DNA of 64,000 bases from Albugo candida (GCA_040437565.1 JBDOQK010000023.1:248001-312000); one strand, 5' to 3'. Shown: positions 39,701 to 51,780, counted from the first letter of the stretch. Notes: generated by a model from the letters alone, not told the origin. Made by a program: numbers and translations.

Positions 39701-40264
39701 GTGGTCGTGCCTGTGAGCGCAATGATTTGCGTTAGCGGATACGTTTCCAATTGCGAGTTCAGCGATCGGATTGCATCGGTGTCGACTTCCCAAAGCACAT
39801 TGTCGCCAATTGCATAACTGTAGCGAAGAAGAGGGACACATTCCCATTCACGTACTCTTTTCTCATCAAAGTTTTGCATTTGTGGAGAAAAGCGGCGAAT
39901 CTGATTCAAATTATGAGACTTTCGCGGCTCGTCACTAAACTTGTCTCATACGAAGCGCATAGCAGTCAGCTGAGCTTATGTGCGTGCAAATTCGAGCAGA
40001 ATATTGACAGTGAGAATATGGAAAGGCAAAATGTCTGAGATAATGAGTCAGATCCCTTATTTTTTCATAGGAATTTGGTGGTAGTGCTACGTGTCCGAAA
40101 GTGTATATATTCTGCAAGTTGTATACTGCCGAATTTGCTATCGTGGAAATAAATTTGCTGCTTGCTCGATAAGGGAGTGGAAGAACCCTTTGACTGCTGT
40201 TCGTCTCCCATCCTTTACGAGACATTTCAATGTACTGGGCTTTGTTTTGCGACCACTCTTCCAT
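36721..40264 (-). CDS. Guanylate-binding protein (GBP/atlastin)-like protein with degenerate G motifs and a long coiled coil; multi-exon, crosses a gap and duplication
   Basis: AIWLW, LLMLLSSVFIYQ, PSFIFACPNF, RMYLKLIFP, SQFRKELDDF and GWCAMLSAYVNALNRSKPPVIQEA track the GBP N-terminal and helical consensus. C-terminal heptad-rich coil. First exon tentative. Confidence 0.65.
38857..39716. repeat. Gap-flanking direct duplication (assembly overlap)
   Basis: 38857-39236 recurs at 39337-39716. Confidence 0.9.
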
Positions 40265-41522
40265 TTGGTATGCAGCAAAGTTGTAATGGCCGTACAACGC
40301 AAACTACGTTGCAAGCGCAAAACCGATTTCTGACTCATTTCGATTCCCATATTTGAAGATTGTATACACTTTTCGTAGAAATATATCGCCAAACAACCAC
40401 GCATCCTGGCCTGTCATTTTCGAAATATGTCGAAACATGAAAATGCAGATAGGTCCAACTTTGCGGATATAGTCGTCCGGGGTGAAGGTGAATAATTGTC
40501 CGCCAATTTCGAATGAGAGATTAACTTTCTTGGAGCATCGCAACCAGTAGAAATCTGTGAATGGAAATTTGTACGCTCCAACTTGNNNNNNNNNNNNNNN
40601 NNNNNNNNNNNNNNNNNNNNNNNNNNNNNNNNNNNNNNNNNNNNNNNNNNNNNNNNNNNNNNNNNNNNNNNNNNNNNNNNNNNNNAATTGCGAGTTCAGC
40701 GATCGGATTGCATCGGTGTCGACTTCCCAAAGCACATTGTCGCCAATTGCATAACTGTAGCGAAGAAGAGGGACACATTCCCATTCACGTACTCTTTTCT
40801 CATCAAAGTTTTGCATTTGTGGAGAAAAGCGGCGAATCTGATTCAAATTATGAGACTTTCGCGGCTCGTCACTAAACTTGTCTCATACGAAGCGCATAGC
40901 AGTCAGCTGAGCTTATGTGCGTGCAAATTCGAGCAGAATATTGACAGTGAGAATATGGAAAGGCAAAATGTCTGAGATAATGAGTCAGATCCCTTATTTT
41001 TTCATAGGAATTTGGTGGTAGTGCTACGTGTCCGAAAGTGTATATATTCTGCAAGTTGTATACTGCCGAATTTGCTATCGTGGAAATAAATTTGCTGCTT
41101 GCTCGATAAGGGAGTGGAAGAACCCTTTGACTGCTGTTCGTCTCCCATCCTTTACGAGACATTTCAATGTACTGGGCTTTGTTTTGCGACCACTCTTCCA
41201 TTTGGTATGCAGCAAAGTTGTAATGGCCGTACAACGCAAACTACGTTGCAAGCGCAAAACCGATTTCTGACTCATTTCGATTCCCATATTTGAAGATTGT
41301 ATACACTTTTCGTAGAAATATATCGCCAAACAACCACGCATCCTGGCCTGTCATTTTCGAAATATGTCGAAACATGAAAATGCAGATAGGTCCAACTTTG
41401 CGGATATAGTCGTCCGGGGTGAAGGTGAATAATTGTCCGCCAATTTCGAATGAGAGATTAACTTTCTTGGAGCATCGCAACCAGTAGAAATCTGTGAATG
41501 GAAATTTGTACGCTCCAACTTG
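39749..41522. repeat. Gap-flanking direct duplication (assembly overlap)
   Basis: 39749-40585 recurs at 40686-41522; identical ORFs are offset by 937 nt. Confidence 0.9.
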
Positions 41523-42314
41523 TTCTGCAAGTTTCTCCACCTGATCATCGGGACCCGAGATGTAGTTCTCACTCGATGCAAAGTACGCGTACGCGTCACG
41601 TACGACCAATTTATCATTCACATAAATGCCTGTCAGCCGTACGCTCCACTGTTTCGACAGATACACTGGCACAAAGACGATTGGAGGCTTGTAACAAGTC
41701 GGGTCGATTTCGCCAATACGAAGTTCCCCGCCATTCGGACCCAAACAGAACGCAAAAACATTCTCATCCAATAAGTTACTTTGTTTGAGTGCGTGCATTG
41801 GCGTTTGCGCATCTCCCAACTCGAGCACATCAAACCCGAAACCAACGACTCCATCGTAAGGGATCACTCCATCCGCCAGGGGAACTTGATCCACTTGCCC
41901 GATTGTTTGTGATCGAATGTATACGTCGGGAGTCAAATGCAAAATGTCCTTAATCAAACGCCCACTGATCATAGTGTCCTCAAAGAGCGATACAAACGAG
42001 CGATTAAGCGGGTGGCTGGTTGCAGAGAGCTCGCTCTTATAAAAGTGAGAATAGTAGATCGAGGGCTGGGTAGGGATCCACGTATATAGAGAATCAGTGT
42101 CAAACAAAACTCTAATAACTTGTCTCGAAGATCCGATCGTGATGACACCTACGTACTGTGAAAATGTCGTAATGCGATTTATGCCCCACAGGAATGCAGC
42201 ATTTTTTTCAGGCTGGTACAAGGCTCTCTCTAGGGGAATCTGGAGAACGACGGCATCAAGAACGCATGCGTTCAAAGCGAAAATATTGATCAAATTTGCT
42301 GGCTGTAGCCACAT
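41241..42314 (-). CDS. Secreted pepsin-family (A1) aspartic protease homologue, probably inactive
   Basis: QYVGVITIGS, VLFDTDS..TWIP, YDGVVGFGF, NVFAFCL..GELRIG, WSVRL, WLFGDIFLRKVYTIF..IGFA. Signal peptide from ATG 42314. Confidence 0.88.
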   Translation of the reverse strand: MWLQPANLINIFALNACVLDAVVLQIPLERALYQPEKNAAFLWGINRITTFSQYVGVITIGSSRQVIRVLFDTDSLYTWIPTQPSIYYSHFYKSELSATSHPLNRSFVSLFEDTMISGRLIKDILHLTPDVYIRSQTIGQVDQVPLADGVIPYDGVVGFGFDVLELGDAQTPMHALKQSNLLDENVFAFCLGPNGGELRIGEIDPTCYKPPIVFVPVYLSKQWSVRLTGIYVNDKLVVRDAYAYFASSENYISGPDDQVEKLAEQVGAYKFPFTDFYWLRCSKKVNLSFEIGGQLFTFTPDDYIRKVGPICIFMFRHISKMTGQDAWLFGDIFLRKVYTIFKYGNRNESEIGFALAT

Positions 42315-42506
42315 GAGCGTAGAGAATTTCTTTAAGATGCTCGAATGAAAAGTTTGGATGGAGGAGCGTGGTGAATTTTGATCAATGGCAACGGCCACAG
42401 CTAGACGAGTTGTCGCCACGTGTCATAAGAGGGTGAGGGTCAAGCATACAATAGTACCCACAGTAGTACGCAACAATTGGACGCTGTATGATGGGAAGCT
42501 ATTACT

Positions 42507-43691
42507 TTATTCCTGTGACGTAATGGAAGCATCAAGAGGCTTACATTTCTTCCTGGTGTCAGGAAACATGGTCATACCAAGACCACTTCCGACAACCCCA
42601 ACTCTTCCATCGACTGTTTCAGGAGATGCAAAAATGCTCTCACCACGTATTGAGAGAGCTCCACTTGTTCCACGGACGCGCTTTTGCTTCGCTTTGTGTT
42701 GGAAAGCCTTCCATCCCTGCTGCTTGACATTTCTCTCATTATCAAGCCGTTTTTGACGATTCAAGTTTTTTAACGCTCGAATGCGTTTTCGTTTTCTCTC
42801 CTTTTCAGCTTCTGTATCGGTCGGGAGGATTTGTAAATGGTCAGGAATTTTTATCGGCTTGCAAACTGTCGAGTCTGACGACTGCGCCACTTTTGACTCT
42901 GCTTCATTTCCTACAAGAAAACCGGCCTGCGGTGCGGGCTCTAGCTTTTGCATATCTTGACCCGCTTCATGCTGATTGACTTTTTCGTCTTTGACCTCAC
43001 ATAAATAGCTCAGCGGCACCTCTTCCGTATTCCCGTATCCAGTGAATACTACTGAAACTCCAAGAGAAGTTTCTTCGGCAATCACGCATTCATAAAATTG
43101 ATGATCTACATAATATCTCGCAAGACATCGCATCCCAATTTGGACATCTTGCTTCGTTATCGGGTGCTCTACCGGACTGATATCACGAAGCTCAGTTAGG
43201 TTGATCTGATCCTTTGTGTGAAATCCGAAAAACTGAATTTGTATGGTGTCTTCTTGAACGTTTTCTACACGAACAGGGTACCATGTATCTTGGTGCTTTG
43301 CTTCACAGTCTGTTCCTATGAGAATGTTGATAGTAGGCGCTTGCTCGAGCCCCGGGTCGATGATGTCGGGGCGACTGTCTTTCACTGGATCTTCTTGCTG
43401 ATGGACTACACAGGTGTCCGATTTCTGTCGCTGTTTCGATTCAATCTGCAACATAAATGCTATCGCTGAGCCATCTTGTTATTGATCTGCTTTATGTGCG
43501 AGGAAAATTATACTATAACGTACCGATTCTTTCGTGAGTCGAATGACCTCAACAAGATCTTTTGCCAATGAAAGACATTCGCTGTTTTCAGGATCGGATT
43601 CTAAAATGGTGTAAATCTGCTCAAGCTGATCTGTGAACTTGACCAAGCGCTGCTGGAGTTTCCGTATCTCATTTGATTCTTCAGAGGGCAT
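42507..43691 (-). CDS. SMNDC1: Survival motor neuron-related splicing factor SPF30
   Basis: N-terminal QLEQI..LESDPEN.E..LAKDLVEVIRLT, two Tudor-like domains (WYPVRV; CLARYYVDHQFY..FTGYGNTEEV), WKAF and SIFASP...RVGVVGSG. One intron near 43465-43523. Confidence 0.9.
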
Positions 43692-45540
43692 GCGCGATAT
43701 TTTAATACAATTACGTATAGTAATTGTTATATTATATTATTGCATGGCGTGGAGTGCCTCAAAATGTTCATACCTGATGTGGTGCACATCAAAGTAGAAG
43801 CGCTGTCGTGCACCTGGCTGCAAATGCGGTATGCGATCGTTCTAGTTGATATTAAGTGCATTCGGAGAGGTTTCAAGAGGTGAAAAACGCCGGGATTGCT
43901 AAGATAGAGGATTTCTTACATTATTAAATCTATTAGACGAGACTTGTTGAGAGTATACTTTTGCAATTGCAAACATGCATCATGCATTCTATGCTTCTGC
44001 TTAAAAGGAAGCATTTTTATGCCTGATTGGCAAGTACTACTTTTTTTCCATACTGAATCCCATACAAAACGAGCTGATTGGACAAGTTGTAGTATTTTAT
44101 ACTGAATTTTGTATGCATCATCCATTGTCATAAGTATGCTCTACGGAGGCAGAAACACCGTAGCAATATCCGTATTCGGACCTGAAAACTTAATGTCGAG
44201 TAAATCATGAGGTAAAAATGGGGGAGAAAAGCAGACGCGGTAATTTACAGTGCCATTTGGTGTTAGCGTCGTCCAAAGTTTGCAGAGAAGCTGGCCGCGA
44301 GTCAAGCTTAAGTCGATGGCAAAGCTACAAATAAGGGATAATAGCGTGTGCACATGGAGATGACATGTGATGGAATCTGTATGGTTCATATGGCTGCCAA
44401 TTTTTATGGAGTGACAATCGTAACCCCACGCAAACAGCAAAGCTGATGACCGGTTATGATTCATGAGGCTGTGACACAGACGAAAGACTTCCGTAGTGTC
44501 CTTAATGTTAGTGAACCAGTGGCTGCGTGAACGCTTTTTCGGTCGCTCTCGCCGGAAAATTTGGAAGCTGCGATAAGATAATGTCGCTGTCCAAATCACC
44601 AACTTGCTAGGGCCACAACGTCTACTTATCACGCACAACTCAATAATATACGCGGGATATTTTCATACAGTAAAACGCTCCTTTCTAATAAAAAGTTGAT
44701 GAATCGGACGTATGTATTTTTTAAGGCGAAATGGGAGACCGGGATGTCTTGTTGAAGCTGCTCAGCCAAAGATGGACCAGATAGCAAATTGGACACCGGT
44801 AATGTGTATCATACCTATCTCAAGTGCGGAATGTACAATTTGGTTTTCGCACCTTCCGATCTTTTTGCTGAGATCCACCTGGAATCGTACCAATTACAAA
44901 CTCACTCGGTAAAAATGTCGTGGTTTCGGTAGCGATTTTTTGTCAAAAAATCCAGACCTCATTTCAAAAGTCGATGCTGCACGTGTACCTTCACTCTTTC
45001 GTGCCCATCTATCACTACCCTTTGGTCTCAACGTTTGATTTGGATGCGATCCTCAGACGAGCGTTTGTTGCCCAAGAGTAATCGCTTGTCTTTGCGACTA
45101 ACGATATATACTTCATGAGACAGCCTCTAGGAATACTTAAGGGCTGGACACGTAGTGGTTGATGATTGATGTGATTGCTCCACCATCTTTATCTTTATCC
45201 TCTTCCTCTTTTGAAGTCATTTATCGATCATATTCGACGCGGAAAAATGATATACAACAAAATATGACGTCTTACGCGTGATAGAATCAGCTGAGTCCAG
45301 CTTGGCGAGATGCATGTGCTTTGTAGATCATGATTACACAGTAACCTTCCCTTCATCACAATAGCATTGATCTATACGAGACATTCAAAGAAAGCGCCTA
45401 TCAATTCCAACGATATCGGTCGTTATGTAAAGTTGTTTTATTGGTCCAAAGTGCGCCGATATAGTCAATCGAATCGCTATTCTATTTTCTCGAATTTTCA
45501 TCGCCCTTTCCGATAAGATCGTGACACGAATTTATCTAAA

Positions 45541-47073
45541 ATGGTGGCTTCTGTAAATGACGCGTTAAAAGGAGTAATATTCGAACGCGAACGTGCTTTA
45601 ATTGAGCTTCCTACCAATGTGCAGGAGGAAGCTAAATCGCTAGTTGCTTATTTCACCAGTCCGGAAGGAAAAACTGAATTGATCAAACATTGCGGTACTA
45701 AAAAGAGTAAAACTAACTCATTCCACACAATCAAAGGCTCTGCATTTCTGAGTGTCCTTGAAGCAAGCCTTAAGCGAGGCGCTGATACTGAACCGAAAAG
45801 TGAAACAAATGATGATTCAACTCCGACTCCGACTTCGACTTCGACTCCTGAAGAGATCAAACAGCTCGCATATGCGCTCGTTTTTTCGGGATTGATAACA
45901 CCTTATAAGGAAAACGAATCACCTATTGGGCCATTCTCATTTGATGCGGAGCTCTACATCATCGTAATCTCTTTTCCCGCAGAAAATGAGGAAAGCTTCT
46001 CGGTCTGGAGTCTGAAAGAAGGAGCAATACAAGCTGGATTCTTGAAGCGCAAAGGTAGCGGGATCTTTTCCAATCTCAGAGGAAGCAAGAAAGTGTATGG
46101 TATTATCAATGAAGCTCAGAAAGTATTGGCTCTTTTCGAGTCGGACCATGCGTTCAAAACTCAGTCAGTGATTCAACTTACTGCTGACAGTTGGGTCGAA
46201 TTCGATTCCACTATCGCGAATGCTATCAAAGTTCACAATAAAGATGGATCCGAAGTTTTGATTGCATCCAGCAAAGAAAAAGCTGAAGAGTGGTTGAATG
46301 CTTGCATCAATGCGGGTGCGCAGTATCGCGAAGCGTTTACGAAGAACATTGATGATGTCACCTCATTTTATGAATTGAGTGACTTCGATATGGAGCACAA
46401 AGAAGTATCGATGAGCACTTACAAGAGCAAAGTCCTGCTTATTGTGAATGTATCGAGTATGTGTGGATTGACACCCACGAACTATACCGATCTGGTCGCG
46501 CTCGATGAGAAGTATCGTGATCAAGGCTTGCAGATTCTAGCCTTTCCTTGCAACCAATTCGCCAACCAAGAGCCTGGAACGCACGAAGAAATTATGGAGT
46601 TTGTGAAGCAATACAAATGCGCGTTTCCATTTTTCGAAAAGGCTGACGTGAATGGCGCTAAAGCACGACCTGTTTTCATGTATTTGAAAGCGAAGCTTCC
46701 GGGCTCCTTTGGAAGTTTCGTCAAGTGGAACTTTACCAAATTCCTTGTCGATCGCGACGGGAAACCGCACAAGAGATACGCACCAAAGGACCCGCCTCTC
46801 TCTTTCGAGGATGAGATCAAAGAATTACTAGCAGCAAAGACCGAAGAAGCGGAGAAAGCAAACACAACAGCATCTGAGCCCGTTGTGAACGCAAACAAAG
46901 AAGTCAAAACGACAGAAGAACCAGAAAAAACGACGACAACGGAGGACATTGAAGCAGTCAAGTCAACAGAAATTAAAGAAAAGCAGCAAGAGTCCGCGGA
47001 ATCAACCACTGCCAACAAATCTGAAGCACAAGTTGATGCGCAAGTGAGTAAAGATGTTGAAGATCAAAAGTAA
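45541..47073 (+). CDS. GPX: PH-domain / Cys-glutathione peroxidase fusion protein
   Basis: GPx motifs VNVSSMCGLT, LAFPCNQF..QEP, KWNFTKFLV. Upstream PH pattern QAGFLKRKG..VYGII..LALFE..LIASSKEKAEEWLNAC. Acidic tail. Confidence 0.9.
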   Translation: MVASVNDALKGVIFERERALIELPTNVQEEAKSLVAYFTSPEGKTELIKHCGTKKSKTNSFHTIKGSAFLSVLEASLKRGADTEPKSETNDDSTPTPTSTSTPEEIKQLAYALVFSGLITPYKENESPIGPFSFDAELYIIVISFPAENEESFSVWSLKEGAIQAGFLKRKGSGIFSNLRGSKKVYGIINEAQKVLALFESDHAFKTQSVIQLTADSWVEFDSTIANAIKVHNKDGSEVLIASSKEKAEEWLNACINAGAQYREAFTKNIDDVTSFYELSDFDMEHKEVSMSTYKSKVLLIVNVSSMCGLTPTNYTDLVALDEKYRDQGLQILAFPCNQFANQEPGTHEEIMEFVKQYKCAFPFFEKADVNGAKARPVFMYLKAKLPGSFGSFVKWNFTKFLVDRDGKPHKRYAPKDPPLSFEDEIKELLAAKTEEAEKANTTASEPVVNANKEVKTTEEPEKTTTTEDIEAVKSTEIKEKQQESAESTTANKSEAQVDAQVSKDVEDQK

Positions 47074-47239
47074 AAGTGTAGGCTCTGATCCTGATTTTTA
47101 ATGTCATGTTTTTACCCATTGATAACGCGTTAAGTTCTAAATCTATGCTCTATTGCAAATTTTGATTAGTTCAAAAATATAAAAATTCGCTGAATTCTGG
47201 TCCCACATTTGGACCGTGTCCCTGGAATGCGTTCGATTA

Positions 47240-48249
47240 TCACGTTGAACGTAGCACACTTCGATCAAATTTTGTGAATGAAACTTTTGGAAAGTGTAAA
47301 AGACATCGCGACTGTAATTTTGCGAAGCGAGGACATCCGCTGATTAGACATCTGCGTGGGAAGAGCAGGACTGAGTTCAATGTGTCCGTGTTGAGATGGG
47401 TCGCCAGCACGAGTGTATCGATAGACTTCGTGGGTGAATATTCCTTAGCGTTCATTTCACACACATTCGGACTCATTCTAGTGACTGTAGTTGGATAAGA
47501 ATGGCTCATAGGAATTTTTTGATCGACTGAAATTGAGTTGCTGTGAAGTGCAGAGATCGACGGCACAGATCGAAATGCTGATGCTCGTTCTTGTACCTTC
47601 ATTTTATGCTTGACGCAGTACCCTCCTCGAACAGCGCGACGATTACATGCGACGAATGCACAACTAGAACTTCCTCCATGACCCTGGCAATAGCTGTTGG
47701 GTAAGGCGCGTTTCTCACAATCTGATACTTGACATCGCCGGAATCCTCCATGACCGACACAAAGCCCATTGAATTGAACTACTTTTTGGCAATTCAAATA
47801 TCGGCATCGTTTTCCTCCGCCTACGAGAACCAGATGTAAGTTTTTCTTGAATGGTAGCTATTCAGACCGGAAAACTTACCATGAGAGATACAAGCCCCAC
47901 CACTTTGAGCTCGCTTTGTGCATCCTTGATATCCGCATTTCTTTCCTCCTCCATGTATCCAGCAATAGCCACCCGTTTGAGCGCTTTTAGTACATCCAAT
48001 ACTCTGGCATCGCTTCCCACCACCGTGAGCCACACAGAAGCCTCTACTAACAACGCTTGTAGTGCATCCGTCGATCCCACATTTCTTCCCACCACCATGC
48101 GAGATACAAAATCCACCAGGTTTTGCGGTCTTATTGCAATCCGGAAAGCCGCATAGTCTTGTCGATCCGACTCGTTTATGAATCGGGTAAAGTTTATCCA
48201 ATTGAGACGAAGAAGTTCGTTTAAGCTGTTCTGGATTACAAAAATTCAT
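47240..48249 (-). CDS. HGGG-repeat (WRKY19-like C3H) zinc-finger protein, 2 exons
   Basis: Seven tandem C-x4-C-x9-C-x2-H(GG) repeats plus one C-terminal copy. Intron 47879-47821 (GTAAGT..GTAG) splices in frame within an HGGG. The start could be 48297. Confidence 0.85.
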
Positions 48250-49051
48250 ATAAATGAAAACAATATCGTAATTGATTGTACACAACGCACGTACCATTAG
48301 TTAACACTGCTGGCATAACTAGTGCTAAAGTTGAATTATGAAAAGAAGGAGAATGTGCTTACTGTAGTACACGCTGCAATATTTGTAATTTGTCAAGGTG
48401 TAATCAAATTCCCAGAGAGGAGAGAAAGGACCATTCATTAGCAAAATGCAAGCAGTTTGATACAAAAAAGTTCGCATGGAAAAAGTTTGAAAAAAGGGCA
48501 CTGCAAAGGTGACAGTTGCATGCACATAAATTCAATAGAAAAAACTGAATCAGTTGGTCGCAAGATTGTGCTTAATCGTCGTGATACTGCATGTTTACAC
48601 ACACATTATACACCGTGTACACCACCGCGTAACCTCATACATATCAATATTTCGTGATCAGCAAAGTATATTACCCAGTTTTGTAGCCTCTTTTACAGTA
48701 AAAGAACGACCGAGTTGGTAGCAAACTTACATTCCAGGAAGGTGCACCTGTGTGTTCTGTGAATATTTCTGAAATTTTCAGTGCAAAGAAGTGATGCGCT
48801 TTTTGACCTTCCTTTAGTAAGAAAATTTCACGTCTTATAATCTGTGCCTTGAATCAGAATTTATAATTTTGAGAATTCGTCGAACCTCGGAGAAATTCGA
48901 GTACGTACTACATTAAGGGTTTCAGATCGTACTGATAGGAGTCTCTCCCTACGTGCGCAAGTAAAGAATGTAATAGAATTCACACTCGAAGGAATATCGT
49001 ACGTGTATTTTCGTCAAGTATAAAGGATCGAGTACTTGGCAGTGTCTTCTC

Positions 49052-51617
49052 AGACGATTGCCGCAATTGGTTAGCACGTTTTCAGCACACATTACAGTCA
49101 TCTATTCTGTCGACCACAAACACCTCGTTTTCCCCTCATAAAGAATCGCATCAGTACGTCTGTTCTTAGACGTTGGAATGTGTGACGATACTCAATCTGG
49201 CGGTACTTGGTGAAGATTTGGATCGAACAAGAAATGATGGTAGGGATACGTCGAGCGGTACATAATTGAGAAGCCATCAATAGCGCCAGGTCACATTTTA
49301 TTACCATCAGACACAATTCAGAATCTGCTTTCTTCGAAGAGCCAAATAGATTAAAATTACATGGTCTACTGCAATACTAAGCAAGCGCTTTTCATCTAGT
49401 GCACACCTTTCTGGGACACTTTTCCATGGAATGTGCAGCACGAGTCAGGTCATTGTCACTCGATCTGGCTCAGTAAGCATTAATACCTAATGTCTTCAGT
49501 GAGATTCTCCATCATGGCCCCAAGGGCAAAACAATCTATTTGTTCCGGAAAAAAAGGTATGTGATACGGCCACACATTTTTTAGTTATCTCCGCTGACGC
49601 CGTCTACCTAGTGATTTTTCTGGGCTCAAATGACGTCGGTAAAACAAGCTTGTTGATCAGTATGATCACTGAGCAACATGTGAATGAGTTGAGCCATCCG
49701 CACGCATTACATGGAGGTACCCACTATACACTTTGTATCGGCAAAGTCTCAGAGCATTTTTTGAATGTAGTTGATTTTATATCCAAGATGTCGGACTCCG
49801 AGAGCATACAGAAAGCACCGACAAAGATACAATTGTGGGACACAGCTGAACAAGATCGCTATTCATGTGGACTTGCCCGATCCTATACTCGAAATGCTAG
49901 TGGCGCATTCCTAGTATACGATGTTGCAAATGTCGACTCGATGCGCGATGTTCTCGAATGGGCTCAAAAACTCGCGGATTTATATGAGGGAAAAGAATTC
50001 TCACTCGTGCTCATCGCCAATAAAATTGACGCTCCAATCCATCGACAAGTGTACAGTAGAAAAGAAGGGGTCACGATTGCTCATATGCTGAACGCAAAGT
50101 TTCATGAATGCTCAGCCCGATCGAATTGGAACGTGCAACAAGCATTTCAAACCTTAGCTGACGAGCTTGAAGCTCCTACCCGATGGAGCGGGCCGAGACA
50201 GGAAAATCTATTGCATATATGGAACGATAAGAAGACCTTTATCCGTATACATCGACCATTGGCAGCAATCTCACCGCCGGATCANNNNNNNNNNNNNNNN
50301 NNNNNNNNNNNNNNNNNNNNNNNNNNNNNNNNNNNNNNNNNNNNNNNNNNNNNNNNNNNNNNNNNNNNNNNNNNNNNNNNNNNNAGACGATTGCCGCAAT
50401 TGGTTAGCACGTTTTCAGCACACATTACAGTCATCTATTCTGTCGACCACAAACACCTCGTTTTCCCCTCATAAAGAATCGCATCAGTACGTCTGTTCTT
50501 AGACGTTGGAATGTGTGACGATACTCAATCTGGCGGTACTTGGTGAAGATTTGGATCGAACAAGAAATGATGGTAGGGATACGTCGAGCGGTACATAATT
50601 GAGAAGCCATCAATAGCGCCAGGTCACATTTTATTACCATCAGACACAATTCAGAATCTGCTTTCTTCGAAGAGCCAAATAGATTAAAATTACATGGTCT
50701 ACTGCAATACTAAGCAAGCGCTTTTCATCTAGTGCACACCTTTCTGGGACACTTTTCCATGGAATGTGCAGCACGAGTCAGGTCATTGTCACTCGATCTG
50801 GCTCAGTAAGCATTAATACCTAATGTCTTCAGTGAGATTCTCCATCATGGCCCCAAGGGCAAAACAATCTATTTGTTCCGGAAAAAAAGGTATGTGATAC
50901 GGCCACACATTTTTTAGTTATCTCCGCTGACGCCGTCTACCTAGTGATTTTTCTGGGCTCAAATGACGTCGGTAAAACAAGCTTGTTGATCAGTATGATC
51001 ACTGAGCAACATGTGAATGAGTTGAGCCATCCGCACGCATTACATGGAGGTACCCACTATACACTTTGTATCGGCAAAGTCTCAGAGCATTTTTTGAATG
51101 TAGTTGATTTTATATCCAAGATGTCGGACTCCGAGAGCATACAGAAAGCACCGACAAAGATACAATTGTGGGACACAGCTGAACAAGATCGCTATTCATG
51201 TGGACTTGCCCGATCCTATACTCGAAATGCTAGTGGCGCATTCCTAGTATACGATGTTGCAAATGTCGACTCGATGCGCGATGTTCTCGAATGGGCTCAA
51301 AAACTCGCGGATTTATATGAGGGAAAAGAATTCTCACTCGTGCTCATCGCCAATAAAATTGACGCTCCAATCCATCGACAAGTGTACAGTAGAAAAGAAG
51401 GGGTCACGATTGCTCATATGCTGAACGCAAAGTTTCATGAATGCTCAGCCCGATCGAATTGGAACGTGCAACAAGCATTTCAAACCTTAGCTGACGAGCT
51501 TGAAGCTCCTACCCGATGGAGCGGGCCGAGACAGGAAAATCTATTGCATATATGGAACGATAAGAAGACCTTTATCCGTATACATCGACCATTGGCAGCA
51601 ATCTCACCGCCGGATCA
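49052..51617. repeat. Gap-flanking direct duplication (assembly overlap) creating a false second Rab copy
   Basis: 49052-50284 recurs at 50385-51617 (offset 1333). Confidence 0.9.
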
Positions 51618-51780
51618 ACGTTGTGATCTCCGAATAAATAAATACAGTCAGAAAAGATCTCCGCATACTTTCGATATTCAGCCACACTACTTATATGGAT
51701 TTCCATGGAGCTTCATCTACAAGAAATTCGACCTTATGTTCAAAATTGTCTCAGCATTCCGGCCCGTCTGCAATCGTTAA
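50847..51780 (+). CDS. Divergent Rab-family small GTPase
   Basis: Exon 1 MAPRAKQSICSGKK is spliced to VIFLGSNDVGKTS (G1); IQLWDTAEQDRY (G3), SYTRNASGAFLVYDV, NKID (G4), ECSA (G5). Confidence 0.8.

Noticed and set aside
40304-40846. 180-aa ORF that appears to fuse a GBP N-terminus to an aspartic protease C-terminus
   Set aside because: It reads through the 100-N gap between duplicated contig ends; assembly chimera.
44141-44638. 165-aa minus-strand ORF
   Set aside because: Non-ATG start, no motifs, and atypical composition; unsupported.
49514-50474. Tandem second Rab gene
   Set aside because: Apparently identical to the 50847 copy, including intron and upstream DNA, and it ends at the gap.
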